From an uncultured Flavobacteriales bacterium (lineage in GTDB: Bacteria; Bacteroidota; Bacteroidia; Flavobacteriales_D; Parvicellaceae), in assembly GCA_943788755.1 (NCBI GenBank), contig CALSRM010000002.1, forward strand, positions 91,505-155,504: DNA of 64,000 nt, given 5' to 3'. The notes beneath the pieces are model-generated. The model had not been told where the DNA came from. It saw nothing but the letters and a program-made list of their open reading frames with translations, and searched no databases. The first letter of the stretch is position 1, and the number at the start of each line of letters is the position of its first letter. The translations under genes were made by a program, and so were the position numbers. Positions 39,197 to 49,413 of the stretch are shown piece after piece.

Positions 39197-40421
39197 TTAG
39201 TTAGACAGCTTCTCTATAACCCGCATTGCTGCTTCTTCTCCAGAATCGATAGCGGCGTTTAAAGAGCCATTCAATTGAGAATCTCCAGCTAAAAAGATGT
39301 TATCCGCTAAACCTGTTTGCGGTGGTTTTACAGAGCATTGTAAGTCCTTTAAGTCTGGCAGCGAATGCGGGATGTAATAGTGCTTAATAAATCTACCAGA
39401 ATCAATTCCGCAGTATTCCTTTAGCTCTTTCTTTACGCGTTCAATAATTTTAGATTTCTCCAAATCTTTATCATCGACAACTGTTACGGATAGCAATTCT
39501 TTTTTTGCCCTATTATGTGTTTTCAGGCTTGTGTGGTAAAAGATGTTATTTATTATTGATTCTTTTTTGGGTATTAAACCAATCAATTTTTTTTGAATGA
39601 TTTTATCAGCAGTTTCAAAATACAATACATGACAAGACTTCCAATTGATTGCGTGGTTTCTTGAATTTGAAAGCAAATTGGTAGCGTCTATGGTAAAGCT
39701 GGTTTTCAATTTTGTTTTGTCATCAAGCGTTATTTCATTGTTTTCTATGGATACTACCTTTGTGTTAAACTTAAACGTAGTGTTATTCAGATTTTTGAAA
39801 AGTTGCTTAGGAATAGCCTCAATACCTGATTTAGGAAGAGAAGCATGCCCCTCACCGAACATTTTGTAAACAAATTCGAACATTCTACTGGATGTTTCTA
39901 AATGTGGTTCAAGAAAAATCCCAGAAAAAAAAGGTTGGAAGAAATCAGTAATTATTTCAGCTGAAAACCCCAGATCATGCAAATAGGAGAGTGTTGATTT
40001 TTCGCTATCCGAAAATATTTCATTTAAGCTTTTTTTCTTCAATCGATTATTCAATTTTAATATTTTTAACTTATCTGATAAAGTTCCGATTCCAGATAAA
40101 AGAGTAGGAAATAAAAGAGACTTGTTTTTTATTGGGTCTCCTATTATTTTTTGCCTCTTGTTTTTAAAAATAGAAGCCCCCGGTAAAAAAAACTGTAAAT
40201 CTAAAGATTCAAAATCTAAGGTATTTTTGAGCAGCAGGATAAGCTGTAAGTAGCACTTGAAAACCATGGTCTAATTGATAGCCATCTACAATATCGGTTT
40301 TTAATCTTCCTCCGGGCCGATCTGTAGCCTCTATAATTACTGGGTTAAATCCATTTTTTTCGAGAACAGTAGCTGCAATCAGTCCGCTTATTCCTGCTCC
40401 TATAATATGTATTTTTTCCAT
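39197..40421 (-). pseudogene. NAD(P)/FAD-dependent oxidoreductase (amine-oxidase/desaturase-like), one frameshift
   Basis: The N-fragment MEKIHIIGAGISGLIAATVLEKNGFNPVIIEATDRPGGR (GxGxxG plus the E..DR.GGR motif) ends at 40209. The sense continues in the next frame as ...LDFESLDLQFFLPGASIF. There is an extra base near 40214-40222 (ccttAgatttt). Confidence 0.75.
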
Positions 40422-40472
40422 TTTTTCTTTTCCAAATGTTACAAATAAATGTCTCTTCCCTAGTTTAGAGTG

Positions 40473-40898
40473 CTAGCCGTCGTAATACTCTAAATTTAGC
40501 GCTTCGTTTTTAAAATTCATCATTTTTTTTATGAACTTTTTATTGTCTGTGTAATGTCGATTTTTTTTAAACTTAATGAACTCTCCGTTACAATGAATGC
40601 TAAATGTTTCAGTACTGAATATCGTTAAACGATAATAGGGAATTGTCCAAGAATATCGGTCTAACCTGTTAGCAAAATGAATAATGATACCTTTTGGCCT
40701 TAATTCAATATTTGCATAATTGGTATCTGTCGATTGCATATTTTTCGGCTTTAGAGACGCGCTAATTTCATTTATTACCAATCTGCCAGAGCCAATACCT
40801 TTTAGTTTTATTTTTTCTAATAGAGAATAGGCTTTACCCAGCATTTCATTGCTTTTTTTTTCGTAATCTTTGTTTCTATAGCTTGTGTTGAATAGCAT
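40473..40898 (-). CDS. hypothetical protein embedded in the photolyase operon
   Basis: 141-aa ORF, 12 nt after the upstream gene. No recognisable motif. Confidence 0.45.
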   Translation of the reverse strand: MLFNTSYRNKDYEKKSNEMLGKAYSLLEKIKLKGIGSGRLVINEISASLKPKNMQSTDTNYANIELRPKGIIIHFANRLDRYSWTIPYYRLTIFSTETFSIHCNGEFIKFKKNRHYTDNKKFIKKMMNFKNEALNLEYYDG

Positions 40899-40910
40899 AA
40901 TTTTTATTTT

Positions 40911-42404
40911 TTAGTTCTGAATATTTAATGACTCTAGGTAGTTTGACGCATTTTCAATATGACTTTGCTGCTTTTCTTTTGGCATTTTATCATACATTCT
41001 AACCAGCATTCCCAACCTAGGATTGGATAAAAAGAATGCACGATGTGTATCCATAAACCTCCAAAAAAGACCGTCCCAAGTCGCTTGCCATTCTCCTTTT
41101 TTATAGTTACTCATTTTCATAAGGTAGTTACTACCACTTATATAGGGCTTAGTAGCCATCAGTCCACCATCGGCAAATTGACTCATGCCATAAATATTTG
41201 TAACCATTACCCAATCATAGGAATCAATAAATAACTCCATAAACCATCGATAAACTTCATCTGGGTCAAATTCGCATAGCATCATAAAATTGCCGATTAC
41301 CATCAAGCGTTCTATATGATTGCAATAACCAGTTTGTAGAATTTTTTTTATGGTTTTATCTATTGGCGGTATACCGGTTGTTCCGTCATAAAAGGAGCTC
41401 GGTATTTTTTTGTCAAAATTCCAAAAGTTAGTTGTTCGCTCTTCACTGCCTCTGCATTCATACATGCCCCTTATAAATTCTCTCCAGCCAATTATTTGCC
41501 GCACAAAACCCTCTGTCGAATTAATTGGTATATCGTTGTCGGTTGCATATTTTAAGCAGGCTTCAATAACCGCATTAGGCGTAATTAGGCCAACGTTGAG
41601 CATTGGAGTTAATACGCTATGATTGAGAATAGAGTTTTCTGCAATAATGGCGTCTTCATAAACGCCAAATTCCATAAATCGTTGTTCAAAAAACTGATTG
41701 AGCCAATCTTTTGTAGCTTTAAAACTACTTGGATAAAGCGGATATTCAGTAAGGCTGCCTAAGTGATTTTCAAAGTGTTTTTCTACATAAGTTTTTGCTT
41801 CTTCATAATATGCGTCAGTATCAGGAAATCTTATGGCTGGCGGTTGCTTTTTGGCTGGATATTTTTTTCTGTTTTCGGTGTCGAATGTCCATTTTCCTCC
41901 GGTTGGCTTTCCGTCCGATTCAATTAATATGTTGCGTTTTTTACGTTGTTCTTTGTAAAAATTGGTTTGATGGTATTTCTTTTTATCGCTTTTAAAAAAT
42001 TCAGTCAGTTCTAATTTTGAATTCAAAAACAACTTGGATTCATAGATTTCTGTTGAAATGTCATTTTTTAAACAACCAGCAGTTATTCTTTTATTGAGCC
42101 AATTATCTGCAGGTTCTATGTAGTTGATATGCTCAACACCTCGGCGCTTCAGCTCGGGAATAAGTAATCTAATATCGCTGATACTTTCGGTTGCTTCAAT
42201 ATAAACTACCTCAATGTTTTTTTCTCTGCGCAGAAAAGCTGCATACTTTTTCATGGTAGTCCGATGATAGGCTATTTTTTGTTTGTGAAAAGGGTAATGC
42301 TTGAAAAACAGGTATTCTTCCACTAAATATATCGGTCCTTCACCATCGAAAAGAGGAGATTCTTCAAAAAGTTGATGTGGGAATACTATGTTTATTTGCT
42401 TCAT
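40911..42404 (-). CDS. cryptochrome/photolyase-family protein, COG3046 / FeS-BCP (PhrB/CryB)-like, apparently lacking Fe-S ligand cysteines
   Basis: The N-terminus ([18 protein letters not shown]), [26 protein letters not shown] and [10 protein letters not shown]...KPYISGSNY match my memory of the 'photolyase-related' COG3046 family. There is no Cys in the last 118 aa. Confidence 0.8.
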   Translation of the reverse strand: MKQINIVFPHQLFEESPLFDGEGPIYLVEEYLFFKHYPFHKQKIAYHRTTMKKYAAFLRREKNIEVVYIEATESISDIRLLIPELKRRGVEHINYIEPADNWLNKRITAGCLKNDISTEIYESKLFLNSKLELTEFFKSDKKKYHQTNFYKEQRKKRNILIESDGKPTGGKWTFDTENRKKYPAKKQPPAIRFPDTDAYYEEAKTYVEKHFENHLGSLTEYPLYPSSFKATKDWLNQFFEQRFMEFGVYEDAIIAENSILNHSVLTPMLNVGLITPNAVIEACLKYATDNDIPINSTEGFVRQIIGWREFIRGMYECRGSEERTTNFWNFDKKIPSSFYDGTTGIPPIDKTIKKILQTGYCNHIERLMVIGNFMMLCEFDPDEVYRWFMELFIDSYDWVMVTNIYGMSQFADGGLMATKPYISGSNYLMKMSNYKKGEWQATWDGLFWRFMDTHRAFFLSNPRLGMLVRMYDKMPKEKQQSHIENASNYLESLNIQN

Positions 42405-42535
42405 TTTGTTTTATTTCTTCTACAACGTTCACTGCAATATTTTACTTCATTCCAGTTTTTTTTCCATTTTCTTCGCCATGCAAATGGCAGCTTACAAACG
42501 ACACATATTTTTTCTGGTAGGTATTCTTTTTTCAC
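42401..42535 (-). CDS. DUF2256-like zinc-ribbon protein (ORF missing from the track)
   Basis: GTG-started 44-codon ORF, (M)[43 protein letters not shown]. It has the CxxC...W(R/K)KKW...VKYCS.RCR pattern. Its stop overlaps the downstream ATG (ATGA). Confidence 0.7.
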   Translation of the reverse strand: MKKEYLPEKICVVCKLPFAWRRKWKKNWNEVKYCSERCRRNKTK

Positions 42536-42552
42536 GCTAAAATATTAGTTCA

Positions 42553-44037
42553 TTATTTTTCCTTCTTTTCTATGCTCTTCTGATTTCGTTTTACATGTGT
42601 ATTCAGTATGCGCCATTTTTCTTTTTGTACAGCAGGGTGTTTTTTATGTGTCCAAATTTTATTTCTAGCTTTTCGCGCACTTTCCTGCAGGTCTACAATG
42701 GGTAATGGATAATCTTTACCTAGAGTAACTTCACAAAACATTTGCTCCATCGGAGTCATTTTCCATGGTTCATGAATATTTAATTCTGGTACATTGCGGA
42801 GTTCAGGAATCCATTTCTTTATGAAAGATCCATCAGGATCATGCTCAACTGAGTTTTTTACAGGATTATATAGGCGCACGGTATTGATTCCGGTTGTTCC
42901 AGCTTGCATCTGAAATTGAGGGTAATGTATTCCGGGCTCATAGTCTAAAAATTGTTTTGCTAAAAAATACACACCATCTCTCCAGTCCTGATCAAGATTA
43001 AATGCTAAAAAAGAGACAACCATAGCTCTCATTCTAAAATTTATCCAACCTGTAGATCTCACCGCACGCATACAGGCATCAACCAAAGGGTATCCTGTTG
43101 TTCCATTTTCCCATACCTGTATAAATTTTTTATTTTTTTCATGTGGTAAAAGTTCGTATCCTTTATTCAAGCAAATTGTTTCATAGCTACATTCTACCTC
43201 AAATTTTTGAATGAAGTGACAATGCCAATGCAAACGAGTGAGCATGGCCCTAAAAGCCCTTTTGTTTTCATCTCTATTAGGGTGTTTAACTACAAATTGA
43301 TAGACTTGTTTGACGCTCAAATTTCCCCATGCCAAATAAGGCGATAGTCTACTGCAAGAGGTTCGACTTTCTGTTGGTTTAGAAATGTGTTTATGGTAAT
43401 TGAACCCTCTTTTACTTACAAAGGAATGAAGATATCTCCAAGCACTTTTTTCTCCGGCTGGTTGGAATTCTTTGGGATATATCTGGTATTGTTCTTTTAG
43501 TTTTTTTGGAAGTATAAATGGGTGTTCAATAGTTTCGTTGTTCGCTATAGAATATTGGTTGTTATGAATGGGAGAAAGAATTTTATCATGCCAGTTTTTA
43601 TTCCAGTTATCTCTGTTTTTAATGCCTCTTATGATTCCGTCTCTTTGCGATTCATTCCAAATTATTTGATGCTTTTGGCAGAGCAGCTTGATTTTTTTGT
43701 CACGTTTCCAAGTAATCTCGGTTCCACTCTCTTGGTAACTGAAAAGAGTTTTTATTTCAAACAGTGAAGACAAGTATTCAAATATATCCACTGCTTCTCC
43801 ATAAAAGATTTCCACGGATCTATTGTAGTGCTTTAGTTTTTTGTTTATTGCTAAAATAGAGTAGTATATAAACTGTAAGTGACGTAAACTGGTATCCGCA
43901 TAATTTATGATGGAAGGTTCGAATAAATAGATAATACGGTATGGAATACCCTCCTTTTCCACATTTGCCAATGGCTCGTGATCCTGAGAACGAAGATCCC
44001 GCTTTAACCAAACAATATTTACTGGTTGTTTTTTCAA
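42553..44037 (-). CDS. cryptochrome/photolyase-family protein, canonical architecture
   Basis: N-terminal alpha/beta domain ([15 protein letters not shown]) followed by an FAD domain ([50 protein letters not shown]). The subclass cannot be assigned by eye. Confidence 0.88.
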   Translation of the reverse strand: MKKQPVNIVWLKRDLRSQDHEPLANVEKEGIPYRIIYLFEPSIINYADTSLRHLQFIYYSILAINKKLKHYNRSVEIFYGEAVDIFEYLSSLFEIKTLFSYQESGTEITWKRDKKIKLLCQKHQIIWNESQRDGIIRGIKNRDNWNKNWHDKILSPIHNNQYSIANNETIEHPFILPKKLKEQYQIYPKEFQPAGEKSAWRYLHSFVSKRGFNYHKHISKPTESRTSCSRLSPYLAWGNLSVKQVYQFVVKHPNRDENKRAFRAMLTRLHWHCHFIQKFEVECSYETICLNKGYELLPHEKNKKFIQVWENGTTGYPLVDACMRAVRSTGWINFRMRAMVVSFLAFNLDQDWRDGVYFLAKQFLDYEPGIHYPQFQMQAGTTGINTVRLYNPVKNSVEHDPDGSFIKKWIPELRNVPELNIHEPWKMTPMEQMFCEVTLGKDYPLPIVDLQESARKARNKIWTHKKHPAVQKEKWRILNTHVKRNQKSIEKKEK

Positions 44038-45152
44038 TAGTCTAATTGCTTTTTACATTTTTTCCAAAAAGAGAAAAAAGAGGAGTGATAGCCATTCACA
44101 TCAAACATCCAGTCTCTATTAACTTCAGCTCCTTTGTAATGACTATTCAAGGGATGTTCTTTAAAGTGCATATCTTTCAGGAGGTATTTATCCACGAGGT
44201 CGTCAAATTCTCCCACATAGAGCTGAATTTGATCAATGTTTTCTTTGGAGAACTTTGTGATAAAGTCAAGCGTTTTTTTACTGATCGGATGATTAGAAAA
44301 ATGCGAGGGCTCAAGTAATAATATTCTGTTTGCTACAATATCCTTGTCCCATTTTGGATCGAGATTATAAAAGTTATAGATGTATGTTGGTAGTGATGTT
44401 TTTATTTCTATTTCTTTTTGCTCTGGTAATGGTGTTTCCAGCTTTACCGAAGAGGTTTTTTTCAAAACTTCTGGAATTTCCAATGAGCTGAAGGCTTCGT
44501 AAGGAATATCCAAAAAAGTGTTTTTTTGATTGGTAAAACAGTATTTGTTAATGTTGTCTTGATTGGCTACATACTTTTTGTTTGCATTCGATCCGGCTAC
44601 CCACTGCCAGCTCAAAGTATTACTTGCCCAATCTGCATCCAGCAAGTGGTAATACATCCATTTAGCGGGTTTCCTCCAATGATTTTGACCAACATTGCAG
44701 GCAATGGATGCTACATACATTCGCACATGGTTGTGCAAGTATCCAGTTTCATAAAATTTACTGATTGCTTTGTCTATTGCTATAATTCCCGTGTTTGCTT
44801 CTACAATAGCATCAGAAATGCTGTGGTTTGCTATGGGAGTTTGTACATGTTTCAGGTCCTCATTAATTGCCGTATTTTTTGAAATAGCAATTTGTTGCCA
44901 ATAATCTCTCCAAGCCAATTCTTGAATAAATTTTTCAATTTTGGATGGGTTGTATCCTCTATTCAAAACTTCAGAAAGAATAAATTTTGTAGATATTATA
45001 CCGCGAGAGATGTAGGGAGATAAATAGGTTACCGAACCGTTTAGATAGTTGCGTGTTGATGCATATTTAATGGGGTCTATCTTTCTAATTCGCTGCAGAA
45101 CCTCTTGATAGTTTGTTGGAAATATTGAATATTCTTCTTGAAATAAACCCAT
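44034..45152 (-). CDS. photolyase-like FAD-binding-domain protein with atypical (N-terminal FAD domain, C-terminal extension) architecture
   Basis: Within the first 60 aa: [25 protein letters not shown]. Then [26 protein letters not shown] and LSWQWVAGS, followed by about 190 further residues. Confidence 0.75.
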   Translation of the reverse strand: MGLFQEEYSIFPTNYQEVLQRIRKIDPIKYASTRNYLNGSVTYLSPYISRGIISTKFILSEVLNRGYNPSKIEKFIQELAWRDYWQQIAISKNTAINEDLKHVQTPIANHSISDAIVEANTGIIAIDKAISKFYETGYLHNHVRMYVASIACNVGQNHWRKPAKWMYYHLLDADWASNTLSWQWVAGSNANKKYVANQDNINKYCFTNQKNTFLDIPYEAFSSLEIPEVLKKTSSVKLETPLPEQKEIEIKTSLPTYIYNFYNLDPKWDKDIVANRILLLEPSHFSNHPISKKTLDFITKFSKENIDQIQLYVGEFDDLVDKYLLKDMHFKEHPLNSHYKGAEVNRDWMFDVNGYHSSFFSFWKKCKKQLDY

Positions 45153-45467
45153 CTATCTTTTGCTTATTTTATTTCCAGAGATTGCTCTCTGACGCGAACA
45201 CTTAAAGCGCGTAATGTCTGAATTTCTCTTGTGTAAATGTTTTTGACTAACTCCGCTATTTACACGCTTTCTCCAGCGTTTAAAACTTGAGTTCTTAAGG
45301 TTGGTTCGCATTATTTTGATAACCTCTTTCTCCGGTAATTCAAATTGAAAGGATATCGCTTCGAATGGCGTTCGGTCTTCCCAAGCCATCTCGATAATTC
45401 GATCCAATTCTTGTTCTGTAAAACGTGTTTTATTTTTCATCTTTTGTTTGGCTGCATTGACTTTCAA
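45153..45467 (-). CDS. TIGR03643/DUF2805-like protein
   Basis: RIIEMAWEDRTPFEAISFQFELPEKEVIKIMR...SFKRWRKRV matches my memory of the family signature. Abuts the next gene with no gap. Confidence 0.75.
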   Translation of the reverse strand: MKVNAAKQKMKNKTRFTEQELDRIIEMAWEDRTPFEAISFQFELPEKEVIKIMRTNLKNSSFKRWRKRVNSGVSQKHLHKRNSDITRFKCSRQRAISGNKISKR

Positions 45468-45547
45468 TTGTTTTGTAGTTTTAAGCTATTCAATTGAATT
45501 ACTGTAAAGTTACAACATTTGTTTAATGTTTTTGCAAATTTATTAAA

Positions 45548-45585
45548 CAAAAAAAGAGCTTTCATTTACGAAAGCTCTTTTTTTG
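45548..45585. terminator. bidirectional terminator hairpin
   Basis: A7, then agagctttc-atttac-gaaagctct, then T6. Lies between tRNA-fMet and the start of the photolyase operon. Confidence 0.6.
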
Positions 45586-45859
45586 TTACTTAATATTTAG
45601 AAAATCACAAGGTAAACACAAGGCCTAGGTTTGTATTGAAGTCTTTTGCTCTGAGTTATAAGGGAGGTTTTCTATCATAACGCATTTCAAAATCGCAATT
45701 CAGTGTCATCCATTAATTAATGGAAAAAAAGCACCATAATTTGTATTTTATATAGGATTCAGAGCGCTATTTCCTTCTGGTATTACAATCAAACTCCGTA
45801 TGATAGATCATAGAGCAAAAAAAAAGACTCATTAAGTATTAAACCTAACAAGTCTTCTT

Positions 45860-45935
<76 letters not shown>

Positions 45936-46001
45936 CTATTGTGGTGCAAAGATAATTTTTGTTTCTTTGTATCCAATTAAAAAATGAAATAAAATTAAAA
46001 A

Positions 46002-46880
46002 ATGCATAAATCAGGTTTTGTAAATATAGTCGGAAGCCCCAATGTTGGGAAATCCACGCTTATGAATAAGTTGGTGGGGGAGAAGCTTTCGATCATAACT
46101 TCAAAGCAACAAACCACGCGTCATAGAATAATGGGAATCGTTAATGGAGACGACCATCAAATCGTCTTTTCAGATACACCAGGAGTCTTAAACCCTCATT
46201 ATAAGTTGCACGAGAGTATGATGCGTTTTGTTTCAAGTGCGCTGCAAGATGCGGATATTATTCTTTTTGTTACGGATATCTTTGAAACAGAAATGAATCA
46301 TAAAGAAACACTCGAAAGAATAAAAACGCATAGCGCACCCGTTCTTGTATTGATGAATAAAATTGATTTAGCAAAGGATCCTGCAGATCTAGAGAAAAAG
46401 GTAAATTACTGGAAGGAGCAAATCCCGCGGGCTGAAATCTTACCCATATCTGCATTGCATGGGTTGAGTATAGATTTTATTATGCCCCGACTTATTGAGT
46501 TATTGCCAGAAGGAGAAGCGTTTTTTCCAAAAGATGAGTTAACGGATAAACCAATGCGTTTCTTTATTTCTGAAATTATTCGAGAGAAAATATTGCAAAA
46601 TTATTCCAAGGAAATTCCTTATTCATGCGAAGTAGTAGTAGAATCATACAAGGAGAAAGAGAATATTGTCGATATTCGCGTCCTTATTTATGTCAACAGA
46701 GATAGTCAAAAGGCTATTTTGATAGGCCACAAAGGAAATAAGATGAAAAAAGTAGGGATAGAGTCCCGAAAAGACATTGAAGCTTTTATTGATAAAAAAG
46801 TATTTCTAGATTTATATGTGAAGGTGGATAAAGACTGGAGAGATAAGGAGCAGAAGTTAAAGAAGTACGGTTACGAATAG
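46002..46880 (+). CDS. era: GTPase Era
   Basis: [24 protein letters not shown], and a KH-domain tail. Confidence 0.93.
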   Translation: MHKSGFVNIVGSPNVGKSTLMNKLVGEKLSIITSKQQTTRHRIMGIVNGDDHQIVFSDTPGVLNPHYKLHESMMRFVSSALQDADIILFVTDIFETEMNHKETLERIKTHSAPVLVLMNKIDLAKDPADLEKKVNYWKEQIPRAEILPISALHGLSIDFIMPRLIELLPEGEAFFPKDELTDKPMRFFISEIIREKILQNYSKEIPYSCEVVVESYKEKENIVDIRVLIYVNRDSQKAILIGHKGNKMKKVGIESRKDIEAFIDKKVFLDLYVKVDKDWRDKEQKLKKYGYE

Positions 46881-46894
46881 ATATTCAGAATAAA

Positions 46895-48202
46895 ATGGCA
46901 ATAGTTGCAATAGTAGGGCGCCCAAATGTTGGGAAATCAACACTTTTTAATCGATTAACAGAATCTAGAGCTGCAATTGTTCAAGAAACAAGTGGAGTAA
47001 CACGCGATAGACATTACGGTAAAGCAGATTGGAATGGTGTAGAGTTTTCCCTTATCGATACCGGAGGGTATGTAAAAGGTTCTGACGATATTTTTGAAGG
47101 AGAGATACGTAAACAAGTTGTAATTGCTCTAGAAGAAGCAAATGCGGTTATTTTTGTTGTGGATGTAGAGACAGGTATTACGGATTTAGACGAATCAGTA
47201 GCAAAACTATTGCGTAAAACAAAGAAACCTACTTTCGTGGTTGTTAATAAAGTGGATAATAGCGAAAGAATAAATGACACCTACGAATTTTATAATTTTG
47301 GTTTGGAGAATGTGGTAAACATTTCTGCAATCAATGGTTCTGGCACGGGTGAACTGTTAGATGGTTTAACAGATGCGCTTAAAGAGTTAGATAAACCTTT
47401 GGAAATAGATGCAGATTTACCACGTATTGCAATAGTTGGAAAACCAAATGTTGGGAAATCATCTTTCACAAATGCGCTTATTGGCGAAGACAGAAATATA
47501 GTAACAGATATTTCTGGAACAACAAGGGACTCAATCGACACACGACTCAACATGTTTGGTTTTGATATGGTGCTTGTTGATACAGCTGGTATTCGTAAGA
47601 AGAGTAAGGTGCATGAAGATATTGAGTTTTACTCAGTAATGCGTTCTATTCGATCAATTGAAAGTGCTGATGTTTGTGTTTTTATGATTGATGCGCAAGA
47701 TGGAATCGAAAAACAGGATTTAAGTATTTTTTCCGTTATCGAAAGAAACAAAAAGGGAATTGTATTGCTTGTCAATAAATGGGATTTAATTGATAAGGAA
47801 ACCAATACAATGAAAGAATTTGAAGATGATATTCGTTCAAAAATTGCTCCGTTTAATGATGTCCCAATTTTATTTGTTTCTGCTTTAACAAAGCAAAGAA
47901 TTCATAAAGCGCTGGAGGAGGTTGTAGAGGTTTTTGAAAATAGAATACAAAAAATACCTACTTCAAAATTAAATGAATATATGCTTGGAGTAATTGAAAG
48001 ATTTCCTCCGCCGGCGAATAAAGGCAAATTTGTTCGTATTAAATTTGTTACGCAATTGCCAACGCACTCACCTTCTTTTGCTTTTTTCTGTAATTTACCG
48101 CAATATATCCCTGATTCTTACAAGCGATTTTTAGAGAATAAGTTAAGAGATAAATACAATTTAACGGGAGTTCCTATTCGGATCTTTTTCAGAAAGAAAT
48201 AG
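46895..48202 (+). CDS. der: ribosome biogenesis GTPase Der (EngA)
   Basis: Two tandem GTPase domains ([12 protein letters not shown] and [12 protein letters not shown]). Confidence 0.93.
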   Translation: MAIVAIVGRPNVGKSTLFNRLTESRAAIVQETSGVTRDRHYGKADWNGVEFSLIDTGGYVKGSDDIFEGEIRKQVVIALEEANAVIFVVDVETGITDLDESVAKLLRKTKKPTFVVVNKVDNSERINDTYEFYNFGLENVVNISAINGSGTGELLDGLTDALKELDKPLEIDADLPRIAIVGKPNVGKSSFTNALIGEDRNIVTDISGTTRDSIDTRLNMFGFDMVLVDTAGIRKKSKVHEDIEFYSVMRSIRSIESADVCVFMIDAQDGIEKQDLSIFSVIERNKKGIVLLVNKWDLIDKETNTMKEFEDDIRSKIAPFNDVPILFVSALTKQRIHKALEEVVEVFENRIQKIPTSKLNEYMLGVIERFPPPANKGKFVRIKFVTQLPTHSPSFAFFCNLPQYIPDSYKRFLENKLRDKYNLTGVPIRIFFRKK

Positions 48203-48224
48203 TTCTTTTTTGCTTCGTTGTTAA

Positions 48225-49286
48225 TTAAGTCCAAACTTTACTGCCTTCAGAACAGTTTTTACAAATGTCAATTTCTTTTCGATTTGACAACACCGATTTT
48301 CGAAACTGTTTGTAGTGATTGCTTTTCCATATGGAGGAAAAAGTTTGCTCAGAGATGCTCCCTATTTGATGGGATGCATCTTTGTCAAAGCAACAAGGTA
48401 CTATTTTGCCATCCCATGTAATTACGCAACCACTCCACATTCTCCAGCAGTGATTGCTCATTTTGTTTTTTAAAATGTAAGTCCCATCTTTTTTCTTTTT
48501 GTATCTCGAGTATTCCTCTTGTTCTGGAATTAAGGGATTTCCATCTTTAAAATTATAAACTTGCGCCGTTTTGAACTTGATCTCATCCACTCCCATTTCG
48601 TCTGCGAGTTGAATTGCATCTTTAATTTGGTGTTCATTTGGTTTGACCACTAGAAATTGAAATATAATATGAGGCGTAGAAGATTTTAATTCTTTTTTCC
48701 ATTTGACCATGTTCTTGGTTCCTTCAAGTACTTTTTCAAGTGATCCGTTTATTCTGTATTGCTCGTAAACCTCCTGGGTTGTCCCATCTATTGAAATTAT
48801 TAAACGATCAAGCCCTGATTCAATGGTTTTCTTTGCAACTTCTTCTGTAATAAAATGGGCGTTGGTAGAAGTTCCAGTATAAATTCCGCTATCTGAAGCG
48901 TAGTTTACTAATTTTAAAAAATCAGGGTTAATGAAGGGTTCTCCTTGGAAATAGAAATTTATAAATGACAAATGAGCGCCCAATTCGTCGATTATTTTTT
49001 TATTCAAATCAAATTTTAAATTACCTGTGGCTCGGGTAAATTGCTTGAGTCCGCTTGGGCATTCCGGACATCCTAAATTGCATGCGGTGGTTGGTTCGAT
49101 AGAGATAGAAGAAGGCTTACCCCAATTAATAGGTGTCTTAAATAAACGAGAGAGTAAGAAACTAGAATAGAGTTTACCAATGTTACAAACTTTTGTAAAA
49201 GTCTGTTTTTTAAGAATGGCTTTATTATCTGATTTATTCGAAAACACGTCTGTAAATTTACATTTTTTAATTTCTAGAAGGTACAA
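48225..49286 (-). CDS. radical SAM / SPASM-like domain protein
   Basis: CNLGCPEC (CxxxCxxC) and a Cys-rich C-terminus (CWRMWSGC...PCCFD...CKNCSEG). The only in-frame start for the N-terminal part is the TTG at 49286. Confidence 0.75.
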   Translation of the reverse strand: MYLLEIKKCKFTDVFSNKSDNKAILKKQTFTKVCNIGKLYSSFLLSRLFKTPINWGKPSSISIEPTTACNLGCPECPSGLKQFTRATGNLKFDLNKKIIDELGAHLSFINFYFQGEPFINPDFLKLVNYASDSGIYTGTSTNAHFITEEVAKKTIESGLDRLIISIDGTTQEVYEQYRINGSLEKVLEGTKNMVKWKKELKSSTPHIIFQFLVVKPNEHQIKDAIQLADEMGVDEIKFKTAQVYNFKDGNPLIPEQEEYSRYKKKKDGTYILKNKMSNHCWRMWSGCVITWDGKIVPCCFDKDASHQIGSISEQTFSSIWKSNHYKQFRKSVLSNRKEIDICKNCSEGSKVWT

Positions 49287-49413
49287 ACAGACATACTTTT
49301 GTAGGCCAATACTTTAAATGCATTTAATTCTGAAAAAGTGCTATTTTTTTTAAATTCTGGTAGAATTTTCTATCCTGAATAACTTTTTAGTTCAAAATAA
49401 TTACCTTACAACA

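Noticed and set aside
45710-45723. 14-bp perfect palindrome CCATTAATTAATGG in the unannotated 270 bp downstream of tRNA-fMet
   Set aside because: It is almost pure A/T. Palindromes of this length are expected by chance in AT-rich spacers, and there is no second copy or adjacent promoter element.
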